A stretch of DNA of 64,000 nucleotides from an uncultured Candidatus Micrarchaeota archaeon (lineage in GTDB: Archaea > Micrarchaeota > Micrarchaeia > Anstonellales > Bilamarchaeaceae), in assembly GCA_903835385.1 (NCBI GenBank), contig CAILMQ010000046.1, positions 4,861 through 68,860 of the forward strand. The letters are read 5' to 3'. Below are positions 62,849-64,000 of the stretch, in pieces (position 1 is the stretch's first letter; every line of letters begins with the position of its first letter). The position numbers and the translations under genes were made by a program. The notes under the pieces were generated by a model that had not been told where the DNA came from, made no database searches, and worked only from the letters and a program-made list of their open reading frames with translations.

Positions 62849-64000
62849 TCAATCCAAGGCCAGCTTGCCCTTTAGCAGCTTTTCTATATCCTTGGGGTTG
62901 TGCCCGAGCCGTATCAGCGTGGTATGGCCGCGTATGCCCTTGGATGAGGGCGTCGTGGTTATGAGGCCGAGCATCTCCAGGTCGTTGAGGTACTCCTTGT
63001 ACCAGCGCAGCGAGCGCGGCCTCTTGCGGAGCTTCTTGCAGAGCGCGTCGTATTCGTCGTATATCTCGCCGGAGAACAGGAACGAGCCGTCCATGCCCTC
63101 CAGGCGGGAGTATTTCGAGCCGCTCAGGGAGAGCTTGGCTATGGCATAGAGCACGACCTGGTGGTTCTCGGGCAGGGTGGATACGGTCTCCGCGGCCAGG
63201 TCCAGTTCCACCTTGCGCCTCGCGGCCTCCACGTCGTCGTCCGTGAGCTTCCTCCTGTTGCCCTGCTCAGCCATCTCGCCCGCCTTGAGCAGGAGCTTGA
63301 GCGCGTATCTCGCGTCCCCGGATTCCTGCGCGGTTATGGCTGCGGCCAGGTTCACGGCTGACTGCTCCACCACGTTGTCCTGGAAGCCGTCCTTTACCCT
63401 CTGGGAAAGGATTTTCTGCAGCTGTTCGGATGAATAGGGCGGGAACATGAGCTCGGTCTCATAGAGGCTCGAGAGGCTCCTCGGGTCGAGCTTCTCCTTG
63501 AAGGAAATCTTGTTGGATATGCCCACTATGGATATGCCGCCGCCTTTGAGCTCGTCATTGGCGCGGGTTAGCGTATAGACCAGGTCGTCCAGGTCCTTCA
63601 CCATGTCTATTTCGTCGAGCACTATCACAAGCTGCCTGCCCTGGTTCGCCAGTTCGAGCAGTTTCTCGTAAAGGAAAGGCAGGCCGAAGCCGGATTTCTC
63701 TATCTCGGGCACGTGCTCCTTGAGCACCTTTTGGAATATGCGGTAGCGGGAATTGTATACCCTGCAGTTGAGGTAGAACATGGGTATGCCGTCTTTTTGC
63801 GCCTGGAAATCCTCCATCACCCGCTTCATGCTCACGGTCTTGCCGGTTCCGGTGGCTCCGTAGAGTATGAGGTTCCTGGGCTTCTTGCCTTTGAGCGCCG
63901 GTGACACGGCGGTCATTATCTCGGAAATCAGCAGGTCCCGGAACGGCAGCACCCTGGGGACGAAGTGCGGCGAGAGCACGGCCTGGTCCCTGAAGATGGA
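62849..64000 (-). CDS. cdc6: Orc1/Cdc6 replication initiator (N-terminus beyond window end)
   Basis: LILYGATGTGKT, VLDEID and a C-terminal winged helix. The frame stays open upstream of the listed Met to position 64000 (SIFRDQAVLSPHF...). Confidence 0.9.
   Translation of the reverse strand, partial: SIFRDQAVLSPHFVPRVLPFRDLLISEIMTAVSPALKGKKPRNLILYGATGTGKTVSMKRVMEDFQAQKDGIPMFYLNCRVYNSRYRIFQKVLKEHVPEIEKSGFGLPFLYEKLLELANQGRQLVIVLDEIDMVKDLDDLVYTLTRANDELKGGGISIVGISNKISFKEKLDPRSLSSLYETELMFPPYSSEQLQKILSQRVKDGFQDNVVEQSAVNLAAAITAQESGDARYALKLLLKAGEMAEQGNRRKLTDDDVEAARRKVELDLAAETVSTLPENHQVVLYAIAKLSLSGSKYSRLEGMDGSFLFSGEIYDEYDALCKKLRKRPRSLRWYKEYLNDLEMLGLITTTPSSKGIRGHTTLIRLGHNPKDIEKLLKGKLALD

Overview
Archaeal chromosomal window: high GC, about 90% coding, roughly 60 genes. 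Every call comes from reading the sequence and recalling motifs. No database search, HMM comparison or RNA folding was run.

Archaeal identity follows from gene content: TBP, TFB, Orc1/Cdc6, RFC large subunit, XPD, a Hef-like helicase, fibrillarin, aCPSF1, aIF6, proteasome beta, prefoldin alpha, e-type ribosomal proteins (S19e, S26e, L21e, L31e, L39e, LX) and an intron-containing tRNA-Trp. A small-genome, DPANN-like lineage is only an inference, based on tight packing, many orphan giant genes and sparse metabolism.

Two classical archaeal gene strings are intact:
- S19e, PDCD5-like, L39e, L31e, aIF6, LX, pfdA, ftsY (18804 down to 14360, minus strand)
- L21e, Rpo4/F, DUF655 (56672-57856)

Metabolic and housekeeping genes include pyrB/pyrI, pyrF, tmk, purD, a purine PRTase, a two-subunit 2-oxoacid:ferredoxin oxidoreductase, an IPMDH/IDH-family dehydrogenase and a P-type ATPase.

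The unusual part is about 19 kb (30% of the window) encoding six very large proteins with no domain I can recognise, in two loci:
- A tightly coupled five-gene minus-strand operon (14240 to beyond position 1; 1428, 578, 1152, 431 and at least 1114 aa). The last gene is missing from the supplied ORF track because it has no in-window stop.
- A translationally coupled pair at 20150-25305, a 105-aa protein plus a 1613-aa protein. The large one has hydrophobic segments, a possible degenerate GGDEF/palm-like motif and a ComEA-like helix-hairpin-helix motif.

Non-coding signals:
- six tandem perfect hairpins between pfdA and ftsY, with one compensatory change between two copies
- a dispersed 55-110 nt element at gene 3' ends (4 copies)
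- twin perfect hairpins after two genes
- two tandem C/D-box sRNA candidates downstream of tfb
- four TTTTTAAA boxes upstream of tbp
- TATA boxes centred about 26 nt from start codons, including one palindromic box shared by two divergent genes

No rRNA, CRISPR array, integrase, transposase or obvious prophage was seen.
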